Assembly: GCA_050175015.1 (NCBI GenBank)
Contig: JBFXJJ010000002.1
Span: forward strand, 160,001-224,000
From: Alphaproteobacteria bacterium
GTDB lineage: Bacteria; Pseudomonadota; Alphaproteobacteria; JBFXJJ01
Direction of reading: 5' to 3'
Length of the DNA stretch: 64,000 nucleotides
In this document: positions 24,422 to 34,711 of the stretch, one piece after another
How positions within the stretch are numbered: the stretch's first letter is position 1
Layout of the letters: each line of letters opens with the position of its first letter
Notes under the pieces: generated by a model
The model's input: only the letters and a program-made list of their open reading frames with translations
What the model was told of the DNA's origin: nothing
Database searches by the model: none
Program-made: the position numbers and the translations under genes

Positions 24422-27181
24422 TTGAGTGATATTTTACTTCCTCCTGTTCCGATATTAATCATAAAAGGATCTAAAGCTTTTGTTTTATCTCTTGATGGTG
24501 AGATTGAAACCATAACCTTAAGAGATGCGGCTCTTTTTGCAAGCTCGAGGCCTTTTATCGTTTGTCATAAGAAGGCTGTAGCAACCGCCTTAGAAGTTAA
24601 AAATCATACTTTTTTTGATGTCTTGGAACTTTTTGCGTTCTGCCGTCCAGCCGAGTTCTGCGTTCCAACTATTTCGGGATTAGCCGAATATTTAGATATT
24701 CCGCAGCCTCAAACTATAGAACAGCAAGCTATGACCCTTGCAGGCATTACCTTATCATTATTAGAAAAACTAAGGGGACTTACTCCGAAAGAAAACTTTC
24801 GAGCCGCAAGTGTTGCCGAAGTTATGAAAAATGACGGCTGGCTATGGGGAGAAGCGGTTTTAACTGCTCTAGGAAACCCTTCTCACAACAGACTTGCTAA
24901 ATACAGCGATGTTTTAAACCGCTTAAAAGAATGGCAGGAATATTATCGAGAAGCACCAGATAAAATAGAACCTATTGATGCCGCCCAAGCAAGGCAAAGA
25001 TTAGCTAGGGTCTTAGAAAAGAGCGGCTCACACAATGAAGATAGACCAGAACAAACTGATTATACTTCGGCGGCAAGTTTGGTGTTTGATAAAAATGAAA
25101 ACGGGCGAGCTAATATTGTTATTGCGGAAGCTGGAACTGGGGTGGGCAAAACCTTGGGATATTTAAGTCCGTCGTCTCTTTTTTCTGAAAAAAATTGTAC
25201 TTCTGTCTGGATTAGTACTTTTACCAAAAATCTTCAAAAACAAATTGATAACGAGCTGTCTCTAATTTATCCCGAAAAGGGGAACAAGGAATATAACGTT
25301 ACAATTCGAAAAGGGCGGGAAAATTATGTTTGTCTTCTTAATTTTGAAGATGCCTGCAATAGTCTTCACAAAAATAGAGAGAATGCCGCCTTATGCGGAC
25401 TTATTGCCCGCTGGCTCGAAGCTACTCGATATGGCGATTTAGCAAGCGGCGATTTTCCAAGCTGGCTGGCGGATATTCTGGGAAGGAGTCGAACCTTGGC
25501 TCTGACCGATCATCACGGAGAATGTCTTTATGCGGCTTGTCCGCATTACCGCAAATGTTTTATTGAAAAAACGCTTAGAAGAGCTAAACGTTCCAATCTT
25601 GTTATTGCCAATCACGCTCTGGTTATGGCTCAAGGAGCTTTAGGCGGTCTTGATGATGACAACTGTCCGTCATACTATGTCTTTGACGAAGGACACCATC
25701 TTTTTGCTGCCGCTGATGCCGCTTTTTCGGCTCATCTCACAGGAGGCGAAACCTTTGAGTTGAAAAGATGGATACAAGGCGCCGAAACAGGCACTAAATC
25801 ACGAGCAAAAGGTTTAAAAAGACGGCTCGAAAATATTGAAGTTAATGAAGAAACTTTGTCCTTAGTACAAGAAATTGTTGAAATTTCAGAATGTTTGCCC
25901 AAAACAGGCTGGCTTAACCGAATTCTTAATCATAATCCCTTGAATGCGACCGAAGAATTGCTGGTTACAATTCATTCTTTGGTTAGAAACCGTAATCTTA
26001 ACGATAGCAGCGAATATAGCATTGAAGCCGAAATTCCGCCTCAACCCGACGAGCTTATCCTTTCTGCTGAAACTTTAGCAAAAAAACTTAGTTTTCTTCT
26101 AACAAAACTAAAGAAACTAGCTAAGATTCTACTAGAATTATCACTGAAAAAACTAGAAGCAGACGATAATGATGATGAAATAACTAAAATTGATGCTTTA
26201 ATCAGAAGCCTAAAGCAAAGAACGATAATTCCTATTGGCGCCTTTTTAGATATGCTTGATGTTCTTAAAGGCGGCAGCGCTTCAGAAGAGTTTGTTGACT
26301 GGTTAGAAATAACTAGAGAAAATGCTCAAGATATTGATATTGGAATGCACCGTCATTATGTCGATCCAACGAAGCCCTTTGCTAATACTTTTGTTGCCAA
26401 AGCTAAAGGTATGCTTATAACTTCGGCAACCCTCAAAGACAGAACGCAGGATCTTGAAAAAAACTGGCAGGCGGCAGAGCTTTCTACAGGGGTTAAATAT
26501 TTTCTTGATAATGTCAACTTAACCAAAGCTTCAATCGCATCTCCTTTTAATTATCAAGAACAAACTAAAATTCTAATTATTAATGATATTCCTAAAAATA
26601 ATATCAAAGCCTTATCTTTAGCTTATGCTAAACTTTTCATTGCCGCAGAAGGCGGCGCTCTTGGCATTTTTACTTCTATCAAACGGTTAAAAAACGCCTA
26701 CCCTAATATCTATAAAGCTCTCGATGATAACGGTTTAAACCTGTTATCACAGCACGTTGACGGTATGGATACGGGCACCTTAATTGACATTTTTAAAGAA
26801 GAAAAAAACAGTTGTTTGTTAGGAACTGATGCCGTTAGGGACGGCGTTGATGTTCCTGGACAATCCTTAAGATTAATCGCTTTTGAGAAAGTTCCTTGGC
26901 AAAAAAATACCATCCTACAAAAAAGACGCAAAAAAGAGTTCGGAGCAGAATACACCGATATTCAAACCAGAATGAAACTTGCCCAAGCTTTTGGCCGTCT
27001 TATCCGAAAAAAGACGGATAAAGGTGTTTTTGTAATGTTGGATTCGGCGTTTCCTTCTCGTCTACATTCAGCTTTTCCTGAAAATTGCTCTATCGAAATA
27101 CTTGGTCTTAATGATGCTTGCGATATTATAAAATCTTTTTTATCTCCAGATAATTATCAACCAAATTCCATAAAATCTTAG
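24422..27181 (+). CDS. dinG: DinG-family ATP-dependent DNA helicase
   Basis: EAGTGVGKT, KGRENY.C, ANHAL, DEGHH, TSATL, QAFGRLIR; Fe-S Cys residues. Confidence 0.92.
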   Translation: MSDILLPPVPILIIKGSKAFVLSLDGEIETITLRDAALFASSRPFIVCHKKAVATALEVKNHTFFDVLELFAFCRPAEFCVPTISGLAEYLDIPQPQTIEQQAMTLAGITLSLLEKLRGLTPKENFRAASVAEVMKNDGWLWGEAVLTALGNPSHNRLAKYSDVLNRLKEWQEYYREAPDKIEPIDAAQARQRLARVLEKSGSHNEDRPEQTDYTSAASLVFDKNENGRANIVIAEAGTGVGKTLGYLSPSSLFSEKNCTSVWISTFTKNLQKQIDNELSLIYPEKGNKEYNVTIRKGRENYVCLLNFEDACNSLHKNRENAALCGLIARWLEATRYGDLASGDFPSWLADILGRSRTLALTDHHGECLYAACPHYRKCFIEKTLRRAKRSNLVIANHALVMAQGALGGLDDDNCPSYYVFDEGHHLFAAADAAFSAHLTGGETFELKRWIQGAETGTKSRAKGLKRRLENIEVNEETLSLVQEIVEISECLPKTGWLNRILNHNPLNATEELLVTIHSLVRNRNLNDSSEYSIEAEIPPQPDELILSAETLAKKLSFLLTKLKKLAKILLELSLKKLEADDNDDEITKIDALIRSLKQRTIIPIGAFLDMLDVLKGGSASEEFVDWLEITRENAQDIDIGMHRHYVDPTKPFANTFVAKAKGMLITSATLKDRTQDLEKNWQAAELSTGVKYFLDNVNLTKASIASPFNYQEQTKILIINDIPKNNIKALSLAYAKLFIAAEGGALGIFTSIKRLKNAYPNIYKALDDNGLNLLSQHVDGMDTGTLIDIFKEEKNSCLLGTDAVRDGVDVPGQSLRLIAFEKVPWQKNTILQKRRKKEFGAEYTDIQTRMKLAQAFGRLIRKKTDKGVFVMLDSAFPSRLHSAFPENCSIEILGLNDACDIIKSFLSPDNYQPNSIKS

Positions 27182-27256
27182 CTTTCCCGTTAATTGCAAG
27201 AACAAGACTTTAAAAAAGTTTTTATTTTTTCTTTTATAATTATTTAAATAATACTT

Positions 27257-27285
27257 TTGACTTTTAATTAAAAACGGGATATAAT
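27257..27285 (+). promoter_or_regulatory. Near-consensus sigma70 promoter
   Basis: TTGACT-N17-TATAAT. Confidence 0.7.
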
Positions 27286-27632
27286 CTGTTTTCGATTGCA
27301 AGCTAATGCGTTACAAATATTTTTATTTATAAGCGGCAATTTTATTTTAACCGTCTGTCTTTATCACGCGTTTACAGGACAGATAGCCTAAAAGCTTAAT
27401 TTTTAAATAAAGCAAAAAAGGCAAATATAAGCGAGAAAGATTACATATTTGGCTATTTATATTTTGCAAAGCTCAACTAAGTTGAGAATTTTTTGCTCGC
27501 AGAAAATCCAAAAAGTTACTGACTTCAAGACTAATAGAAACAAATATAAATTTGTTTTTACTGAGCATCCTTGGTCTTCTTTTAGGTAAAGCTTTAGAAA
27601 AAAACAATTTTTTATTTATATGGAGAACTTCT

Positions 27633-27842
27633 ATGACTAACGGTATCGTAAAATGGTTTAATGCTAGCAAAGGTTTCGGTTTTATTGAGCCAGAACAAGG
27701 TGGCAAAGATGTTTTTGTTCACATCAGTGCTGTTCAAAAATCAGGCCTTTCAACTTTAAAAGAAGGTCAAAAACTTAGCTTTGAGCAAGAAAAAGATGCT
27801 AGAAGCAATAAAATTTCAGCAGTAAATCTTAAAGCTCTTTAA
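27633..27842 (+). CDS. cspA: Cold-shock protein (CspA family), 69 aa
   Basis: Start at [10 protein letters not shown] (GGAG RBS); [14 protein letters not shown]. Confidence 0.93.
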   Translation: MTNGIVKWFNASKGFGFIEPEQGGKDVFVHISAVQKSGLSTLKEGQKLSFEQEKDARSNKISAVNLKAL

Positions 27843-27862
27843 TTTTTACTTTCTAATTTTAT

Positions 27863-27901
27863 AAAAAAAAGCTGCAATTTAAACAAGTTGCAGCTTTTTT
27901 T
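27863..27901 (+). terminator. Intrinsic terminator
   Basis: GCTGCAA...TTGCAGC with flanking A/T runs. Confidence 0.8.
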
Positions 27902-28019
27902 GTAACTTAAATAATCAAATTTTTTATGTTTAATAAAAGCCTCATTTAGAGCTTCTTCCATTTATATTTTTTAAAACTTCTATTTGCTTGACGGATATTA
28001 GCAATAAATTTATTTTAGT

Positions 28020-28192
28020 TTTTGGTAGTTCATCTTAACTGATGATTAAAAGGGAATATGGTGCAAAACCATAACTGCCCCTGCAACTGTAAGCGGTGAG
28101 TTTTAAGATACGATACACCGTCACTTGATTTCTAATCAGGGAAGACAATCTTAACGCATTGACCCGTAAGTCAGGAGACCTGCTGCCATTAA
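28020..28192 (+). ncRNA. Cobalamin (B12) riboswitch
   Basis: AAAAGGGAA.ATGGTGCAAAACCAT.ACTGCCCCTGCAACTGTAA ... GGGAAG ... AAGTCAGGAGACCTGC B12 box upstream of metE; ends approximate. Confidence 0.93.
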
Positions 28193-28298
28193 CAACTGGG
28201 CATATTTACTTAAGAAACAGGGTGTTTTCTTTAGAGTAATCTGAAAAAAATCAATGCCTCAGTTTTTATATATTTTTATTTTTTTAGGAGTGTATCTT

Positions 28299-30581
28299 AT
28301 GATAATCACAGCGAATCTTGGTTTTCCAAGAATAGGACTTCATCGAGAGCAAAAAAAAGCTCAAGAAAGCTACTGGCAGGGCAAAACAGCCTTAAATGAT
28401 TTGCAGCAAACTGCCGCCAATATCCGAAAACAAAACTGGCTATGGCAAAAAGAAATTGGAATAAACCATATTCCATCTAATGATTTTTCTTTTTATGATC
28501 AAGTTTTAGACACGGCAGTAATGCTTGGGGCAATTCCTGAACGTTACCAAGTGCCGTCTGAAAAAATTGTTGATATTGATACTTATTTTGCAATGGCACG
28601 GGGCGGAGAAAACCTTGAAGCGATGGAAATGTCTAAATGGTTTGATACCAATTATCATTATATCATTCCAGAATTAAAGACAGGGCAGAAGTTCTTTTTA
28701 GGATCGCTAAAGATTTTTGAGGAATTTGAAGAAGCAAAACAAATGGGAATAAATACTCGTCCTGTTGTTTTAGGTCCCGTAAGCTTTTTAATGCTCAGCA
28801 AAATGGTTGATGACTCTTCAAGATGGGAACTGCTTCCTGATATTTTAAAGATTTATAATACCATCTTTGCAAGACTAGAAAAACTTGGGGCGGAATGGCT
28901 TCAAATTGATGAACCCTGCTTAGTCTTAGATTTGGGTGATGAGGCTAAAAAAGCATATAAAGCAGCTTATGATAATTTGAAAACATCAAAGCTTAAATTT
29001 ATGCTCACAACATATTTTGAAAAAACAACTCAGAATCTAGATTTAATTAACAGTTTATCGATTGCAGGACTTCACATTGATTTGGTCAGAGGTGAAAGCC
29101 AGCTTCAAGATGTCTGCGCAGCTATCGATAAAGATTTATGGCTTTCTTTAGGCTTAGTTGATGGTCGTAATATTTGGAAAAGTGATTTTACTAAAATAAT
29201 CGGATTAGTAAATGAAGCTAAAAACAACCATAACAGCGAAAAATTAATTATTGCTCCAAGCTGTTCTCTGCTTCATACCCCGATTAGTCTTGAAACCGAA
29301 AACAACCTTGATACCGAAATTAAAAGTTGGTTATCATTTGCTAAACAAAAACTTGAAGAGGTTGCCTTTATAGCAGATATTGCAAACAACCCTTTGGAAA
29401 ATGAAGATATTTTGGAAGCGAATGCCTTCATAATTCAAAACAAGAAAAGCTCGCCTAAGATTCACAATCTGCAGGTTAAAGAACGGATAAAATCTTTAAA
29501 TACTAATATGTTGCAACGAAAATCATCTTTTGCGGACAGAATCGTGGCACAAAAGAAATTGTTAGACCTGCCGTTACTGCCAACCACGACAATCGGTTCT
29601 CTGCCTCAGACAAAGGAAGTTAGGGAAGCTAGAGCCGCATTTAAACGAGGAGATCTTAGCTGCCAAGATTATGAAGAAAAAATCAAGCAGAAGATTATAG
29701 AAGCCGTAAAATGGCAGGAAGACATTGGAATCGATGTTTTGGTTCACGGTGAATTCGAGCGCAACGATATGGTTGAATATTTTGGCGAACAGTTAGATGG
29801 CTTTGCTTTTACTCAAAATGGCTGGGTGCAAAGCTATGGTTCAAGATGTGTTAAACCTCCAATCATCTTAGGCGATGTCAGCCGCAAACAGCCGATGACC
29901 GTTAAGTGGAGTTCTTTTGCAATGTCTCAAACCAAAAAACCGCTTAAGGCGATGTTGACAGGACCTATTACCATTCTACAGTGGAGCTTTGTCCGCAACG
30001 ATATTCTAAGAGAAGATACCTGTAAGCAGATAGCTTTAGCCATTCGTGATGAAACTTGCGATCTGGAAAAAGCTGGTTTTAGAATTATCCAGATTGATGA
30101 ACCTGCTTTTAAAGAGGGAATGCCGCTTTTAGAGCGTGATAAACAGCATTATCTTGATTGGGCAGTTGATTGTTTTCATTTGTGTTCTTGCGGGGTAGAA
30201 GATGGCACTCAGATTCACACTCATATGTGTTATTCAGAATTTAACGATATAATAGAAGCTATTGCCGCTTTAGATGCTGATGTTATTTCGATTGAAGCTT
30301 CACGTTCCAAAATGGAAATATTAGATGCTTTCTCTAAGTTTAAGTATCCTAATCAGATTGGACCTGGAATTTATGATATTCACAGCCCAAGAATTCCGAC
30401 GCAAGATGAAATAAAAAATCTTATCAGTAAGGCTCTTGAAGTGCTTAATCCTGAACAATTATGGATTAATCCTGACTGTGGTCTTAAGACAAGGCGATGG
30501 GAAGAAGTTAAGCCCTCAATTTTAGAGATGATTAAAGCCGTTCATTATAAAAGAGAAAATTTGAATCAAAACAAAGTCTAA
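28299..30581 (+). CDS. metE: B12-independent methionine synthase
   Basis: LGFPRIG, KWFDTNYHY, HGEFERNDMVEYF, IHTHMCYSEF, NPDCGLKTR; start moved to MIITAN. Confidence 0.97.
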   Translation: MIITANLGFPRIGLHREQKKAQESYWQGKTALNDLQQTAANIRKQNWLWQKEIGINHIPSNDFSFYDQVLDTAVMLGAIPERYQVPSEKIVDIDTYFAMARGGENLEAMEMSKWFDTNYHYIIPELKTGQKFFLGSLKIFEEFEEAKQMGINTRPVVLGPVSFLMLSKMVDDSSRWELLPDILKIYNTIFARLEKLGAEWLQIDEPCLVLDLGDEAKKAYKAAYDNLKTSKLKFMLTTYFEKTTQNLDLINSLSIAGLHIDLVRGESQLQDVCAAIDKDLWLSLGLVDGRNIWKSDFTKIIGLVNEAKNNHNSEKLIIAPSCSLLHTPISLETENNLDTEIKSWLSFAKQKLEEVAFIADIANNPLENEDILEANAFIIQNKKSSPKIHNLQVKERIKSLNTNMLQRKSSFADRIVAQKKLLDLPLLPTTTIGSLPQTKEVREARAAFKRGDLSCQDYEEKIKQKIIEAVKWQEDIGIDVLVHGEFERNDMVEYFGEQLDGFAFTQNGWVQSYGSRCVKPPIILGDVSRKQPMTVKWSSFAMSQTKKPLKAMLTGPITILQWSFVRNDILREDTCKQIALAIRDETCDLEKAGFRIIQIDEPAFKEGMPLLERDKQHYLDWAVDCFHLCSCGVEDGTQIHTHMCYSEFNDIIEAIAALDADVISIEASRSKMEILDAFSKFKYPNQIGPGIYDIHSPRIPTQDEIKNLISKALEVLNPEQLWINPDCGLKTRRWEEVKPSILEMIKAVHYKRENLNQNKV

Positions 30582-30601
30582 CTTATAAAAAACGCATAAT
30601 G

Positions 30602-30636
30602 AAAAAGCCGCAAAACATAAACTTGCGGCTTTTTTT
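30602..30636. terminator. Bidirectional intrinsic terminator
   Basis: AAAAAGCCGCAA...TTGCGGCTTTTTTT between convergent genes. Confidence 0.8.
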
Positions 30637-30674
30637 ATAACTTAATTTTTTTGATGGAACATAAAATCTTAAGT

Positions 30675-30935
30675 CTAGTGTACACTCATAGGCTCTAAAT
30701 CGAATCTTTTAACTATAGCAAAAGCTGCATCTCGGCTGTTAGCTGTAGTCATAAGCGAACCTTCGGCGCCGTAAATACCCCATACAGGTTTATCCTCAAT
30801 AACGGTAAATTTAACGTAAGAAACGTTTTCCAAACCCCACAAAGACAAAGCATTTTTAGAAACAATACTGTGAAAATTAGAAGTATCATCACTTAGTTCG
30901 TTATTATCTTTCTCTTTTTCTGGAGCATCAGTCAT
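30675..30935 (-). CDS. DUF1150 family protein
   Basis: G...V.YVK, I.GA.G..M....SRD.AFA......LEP.SVH C-terminus. Confidence 0.8.
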   Translation of the reverse strand: MTDAPEKEKDNNELSDDTSNFHSIVSKNALSLWGLENVSYVKFTVIEDKPVWGIYGAEGSLMTTANSRDAAFAIVKRFDLEPMSVH

Positions 30936-31008
30936 TGTTTAATAAACCTTATATCGAAATATTATTATTCCTATAGATTTAAAGCATAAAAATTAAGAAA
31001 GAGTTACA

Positions 31009-31431
31009 TTATTCAATTTTAGGCAAAATATTTCTTTGAACGTTATCGATAATTTTATTTTTGCTGTCATCATCATAGAAAGTTTCTAAAAGTTTTCCAA
31101 ACACAGGGGACGGCCAAGCACTGTCAGTTTTATAACGTGCGATAATATGAATGTGAAGTTGAGGAACAACATTTCCCAAAGCTGCGATATTCACCTTATC
31201 TGGTTCAAAAATACTATTAAGCTCTTTGGCGAAAGAGTTTATTTCTTTGAATAACTGCTCGGTATCATCAGGTGAAAGCTCAAATGTTTCTTTGATATTG
31301 TTGCGCCTTGGAACCAAAATAAACCAAGGAATTTCCTTGCGATTCATTAGTAAAACACGGCAAAGCTTTAAATCGCCAACCAAAAAAGTGTCGTTTTTCA
31401 AAGTTTCATTAAGAACAAAATCATTTTCCAT
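31009..31431 (-). CDS. HIT family protein
   Basis: PW.ILVPRR, K.NIAALGNVVPQLHIHIIAR, AWP.PV. Confidence 0.92.
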   Translation of the reverse strand: MENDFVLNETLKNDTFLVGDLKLCRVLLMNRKEIPWFILVPRRNNIKETFELSPDDTEQLFKEINSFAKELNSIFEPDKVNIAALGNVVPQLHIHIIARYKTDSAWPSPVFGKLLETFYDDDSKNKIIDNVQRNILPKIE

Positions 31432-31508
31432 AATATTATTTTTCCATTTATGATATTTTAGATATTAAAAAATTAAACCTTATAAATTTGTAGTAAAGAG
31501 ACAAGGTT

Positions 31509-33293
31509 ATGAAAAGCAGTTTCTTAGGAAGTTTAAATCAAAAATTTATTTTTGCAATAATAGCGGGCTTTTTAAGCACTTCCGTTTTGTTTATGGTGGC
31601 TTTTACCCATCTTTATGCCACACAGCTTGAAAGAGAGCGAACGCTAGATCGCAGCAAAACTGAAAAGATGCTGGAAATCTATGTTCAAAACAACCAGTTA
31701 AAACAGGAAATAAAGAAACTTATTGATTATAATGCCAAAGAAACCCTCAATATAAAATCTCTTTTTTGGCCATTGGAGCAATTTAATTCGCTTCTATCTC
31801 CATATAACGTGTTTAATCCCAGTGAAGATAACAACCGGCTTGAGCCTAACTATGAGGTTTTAAACAAAATAACCGTCATTCCCGAACCATATGATGTCTC
31901 ATTTTTATCTATAAATGGCGATGCCTATGAACTTCGGTATCAAGCAATGGTTATGGCTTTAAGATTCATCGGAGCTGGAGCGTTTCTAATAATTCTAGTA
32001 ATTATTACAATGTATTGGTTAATGAATCTTTTTGTTATTAATCCTATTGAACAATTAGTTTTGGCGAGTGAAAAAATTGCAGAAGGCAATTTAGATACCA
32101 GAGTTGCAGTTTTTGGAGAGCGAAAAAGCAAAGATGAAATGAAACGGTTAGGTACTGCTTTTAATAAAATGGCAGAAAATTTAGAAGTTAGTTTAAGAGA
32201 AATTGAGCTTAAAGAAAAATTTCAACAAGCTTTAATTGATGCGATTCCTGATGGTATCAGAGTAATAGACAGCAATTATCATATTGTTTCTGCTAATAAA
32301 GCCTATAAAAAATATACAGAGTATAAAGAACCTAATGATGAAAGAGTTTTTTGTTATCAATCAAGTCATAAGCGTAATGCTCCTTGTCAAACAGCGATGA
32401 CAACCTGTCCGTTGAAAGAAATAAAAGAAAAACCAGAAGCCATAACGGTTGTTCAAACCTTTTGTTATGGTGATGGCAAAGAGGAATATGTAGAAGTCAG
32501 AGCTGCCCCGATTAATTTTTCAAAAGACGGCGAAGGCAACGAGAAAGATTTGTTAATTGTCGAATCCATAAGAGATTTAACTAAAGACATTCGCTTTTCG
32601 CACCAGCAAAAGCTTTCGTCCATAGGACTTTTAGCGACAAGCGTTGCCCACGAGATGCGTAATCCTTTAGGTTCGGTTAGATTGGTTGTTGATGGTCTGA
32701 TAAATCGCTTGGAAAAGAAAGATTTAGCATTAGAAGAAAATATAAAGTATCTCAAAATGATAAATGAACAGTTGGTAACGTGTATTGATGTAACTGAACG
32801 CCTTTTGAAAATGGGAAGAATCTCAAGTGGCAAACTGGAAAAAATCAACTGTAGCAACGCTATTAAAGAAACCATATCTCTCCTTGATTATGAAGCTAAA
32901 AAGCAAGGGATTAAGGTTAATATTAATGCGCCAGAAAAACCTGTTTATATTATGGCATCTGAAAGCGAATTTAGAATAGTTATGGTCAATTTAGTACAGA
33001 ATGCGTTTAATGCTGTCAGCAGCGATGGCGAAATCAATGTATATGTTAATGATGACAACCAAAAAGTTACGATTAAAGTTGCGGATAATGGGCAAGGAAT
33101 TGAAAAAAATAAACTCCCCCGTATTTTTGAGCCGTTCTTTTCTGATAGAAAAAAGAAAGATGATAATAAAGAAGGGACGGGTTTGGGGCTAACAATTACA
33201 AAAAGCATTGTTGAAGGATTTGGCGGCACGATAAAAGTTGAAAGCAAAATGTTGGAAGGAACAACTTTTAGCCTCGATTTTCCTAAAATATAG
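31509..33293 (+). CDS. Sensor histidine kinase (TM-HAMP-PAS-HisKA-HATPase)
   Basis: DE...L...FN.M HAMP, VAHEMRNPL H-box, NLVQNA, DNGQGI, FEPFF, GTGLGL. Confidence 0.92.
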   Translation: MKSSFLGSLNQKFIFAIIAGFLSTSVLFMVAFTHLYATQLERERTLDRSKTEKMLEIYVQNNQLKQEIKKLIDYNAKETLNIKSLFWPLEQFNSLLSPYNVFNPSEDNNRLEPNYEVLNKITVIPEPYDVSFLSINGDAYELRYQAMVMALRFIGAGAFLIILVIITMYWLMNLFVINPIEQLVLASEKIAEGNLDTRVAVFGERKSKDEMKRLGTAFNKMAENLEVSLREIELKEKFQQALIDAIPDGIRVIDSNYHIVSANKAYKKYTEYKEPNDERVFCYQSSHKRNAPCQTAMTTCPLKEIKEKPEAITVVQTFCYGDGKEEYVEVRAAPINFSKDGEGNEKDLLIVESIRDLTKDIRFSHQQKLSSIGLLATSVAHEMRNPLGSVRLVVDGLINRLEKKDLALEENIKYLKMINEQLVTCIDVTERLLKMGRISSGKLEKINCSNAIKETISLLDYEAKKQGIKVNINAPEKPVYIMASESEFRIVMVNLVQNAFNAVSSDGEINVYVNDDNQKVTIKVADNGQGIEKNKLPRIFEPFFSDRKKKDDNKEGTGLGLTITKSIVEGFGGTIKVESKMLEGTTFSLDFPKI

Positions 33294-33432
33294 CTGTTAT
33301 AACGTTCTAAAAGCTTAAATTAAAATATCTCTTAATAAGATGCCTTGCTAAAACAAAAAGCTTAGAGTATAAAATAAGAAGCATTTAGGCTAAAAAGATA
33401 AATTTTTAGCATATTATTTTTTAAGGAAGAAT

Positions 33433-33654
33433 ATGTCGAAAGAAGAATTATTAGAGTTTGCAGGAATTGTTGTAGAAAAATTACCTAACGCTATGTTTAG
33501 GGTACAGCTTGAAAATGGGCACGAAATTTTGGCTCATACCGCAGGAAAAATGAGAAAGTTCCGTATTAGAGTTATGGTTGGGGACAAGGTTAACATTGAA
33601 ATGACACCTTATGACTTAACCAAAGGCAGAATCACTTTCCGTCATAAAGCCTAA
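33433..33654 (+). CDS. infA: Translation initiation factor IF-1
   Basis: [37 protein letters not shown]. Confidence 0.97.
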   Translation: MSKEELLEFAGIVVEKLPNAMFRVQLENGHEILAHTAGKMRKFRIRVMVGDKVNIEMTPYDLTKGRITFRHKA

Positions 33655-33681
33655 ATTTTCTACAAAAATTCTAAACTTTTT

Positions 33682-33720
33682 AAAAAAGCCGCTTAAAGAA
33701 CAATCTTTAAAAGCGGCTTT
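33682..33720. terminator. Bidirectional terminator
   Basis: AAAGCCGCTT...AAGCGGCTTT. Confidence 0.7.
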
Positions 33721-33784
33721 GTTTTATGTTGATATAAGCATATGCTCTAATACTTAGACGTGGCTATTTCTAAAGGCTCTGGTT

Positions 33785-34711
33785 CTAAGCAAGACCTTTT
33801 GCTCGGCTGTAAGTTCCCAAAACTTTAACATTTAACGTGACATTTACTAATTCAGATAAAGCTTTTTTACCTGCCTCATCTTCTTGATTAATCTCTAAAT
33901 CAACATAGAAATGAGGGCTGGAATGATTGGCTCCAATCATATAAGTTTCAAGTTTGGTAATGTTAATGTTATGGCGTTTAAAAACTTCTAAAGCGGCAAA
34001 CAAGGCACCAGCTTCATTTTTAGTTTGAAACATTAATGAAGTAACAGGATTTTCTGTTACATCTTGGGCTTTTAACGGTTTGCTAGCCAAGATTAAGAAA
34101 CGAGATGTACTGTTTTTATCATCTTCGACCTTATCTAAAAGAACCGTCATATCATATCTAACGGCGGTTTTCGGGGCAAGTGATGCCGAATGCGTATCAA
34201 AATCAATTGCAAGGTCTCGTGCGGCACCTGCGGTATCCCACGTTTCGTGAATTCTTACCTTGTGTAAGGTTTTTTTCATAAACTTTTCACAAAGAATAAC
34301 TCCTTGATGATGCGTATAAATATCAGTTATACGGTTTATAGCATCAGTAACTTCTGCCTCATTAGGCTCACGGTTTTTCCATTCCATCAATTCTTCTTTG
34401 CTTAAATTTTCATCTGGTTTGCCTCTAACTGCTTTTGTTGGCATTAACAGACAAAAGTGAATCGGAAGGAAGCACTCGCCGACAATAAATAAATCAGAAT
34501 AAGGAAGAATATTATATACTTCGGCAATTCTACCCGCTGACGAATTATCTACAGGAATAACTGCATAATCACAATCGCCGCTTTTAACCAAATCTAAAAC
34601 ATCATTAAAGGTTTGACAGCCTCTAAAGTGTGTTTCTTTTTCATTAAAATATTTTTGACAGGCTTGGTGCGAAAAGGCTCCGTGAGTTCCTTGATAACTG
34701 ACTCTAGTCAT
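33785..34711 (-). CDS. pheA: Prephenate dehydratase with ACT domain
   Basis: YQG..GAFS, IPVDNS.AG, DTAGAAR, N.TSRF, GAL..AL..F....IN.TKLE, LGTY. Confidence 0.88.
   Translation of the reverse strand: MTRVSYQGTHGAFSHQACQKYFNEKETHFRGCQTFNDVLDLVKSGDCDYAVIPVDNSSAGRIAEVYNILPYSDLFIVGECFLPIHFCLLMPTKAVRGKPDENLSKEELMEWKNREPNEAEVTDAINRITDIYTHHQGVILCEKFMKKTLHKVRIHETWDTAGAARDLAIDFDTHSASLAPKTAVRYDMTVLLDKVEDDKNSTSRFLILASKPLKAQDVTENPVTSLMFQTKNEAGALFAALEVFKRHNINITKLETYMIGANHSSPHFYVDLEINQEDEAGKKALSELVNVTLNVKVLGTYSRAKGLA

Noticed and set aside
27473-27706. Minus-strand 77-aa ORF and the upstream extension of the csp ORF (27552)
   Set aside because: Shadow of the csp gene; the real start is the ATG at 27633 with a GGAG RBS.
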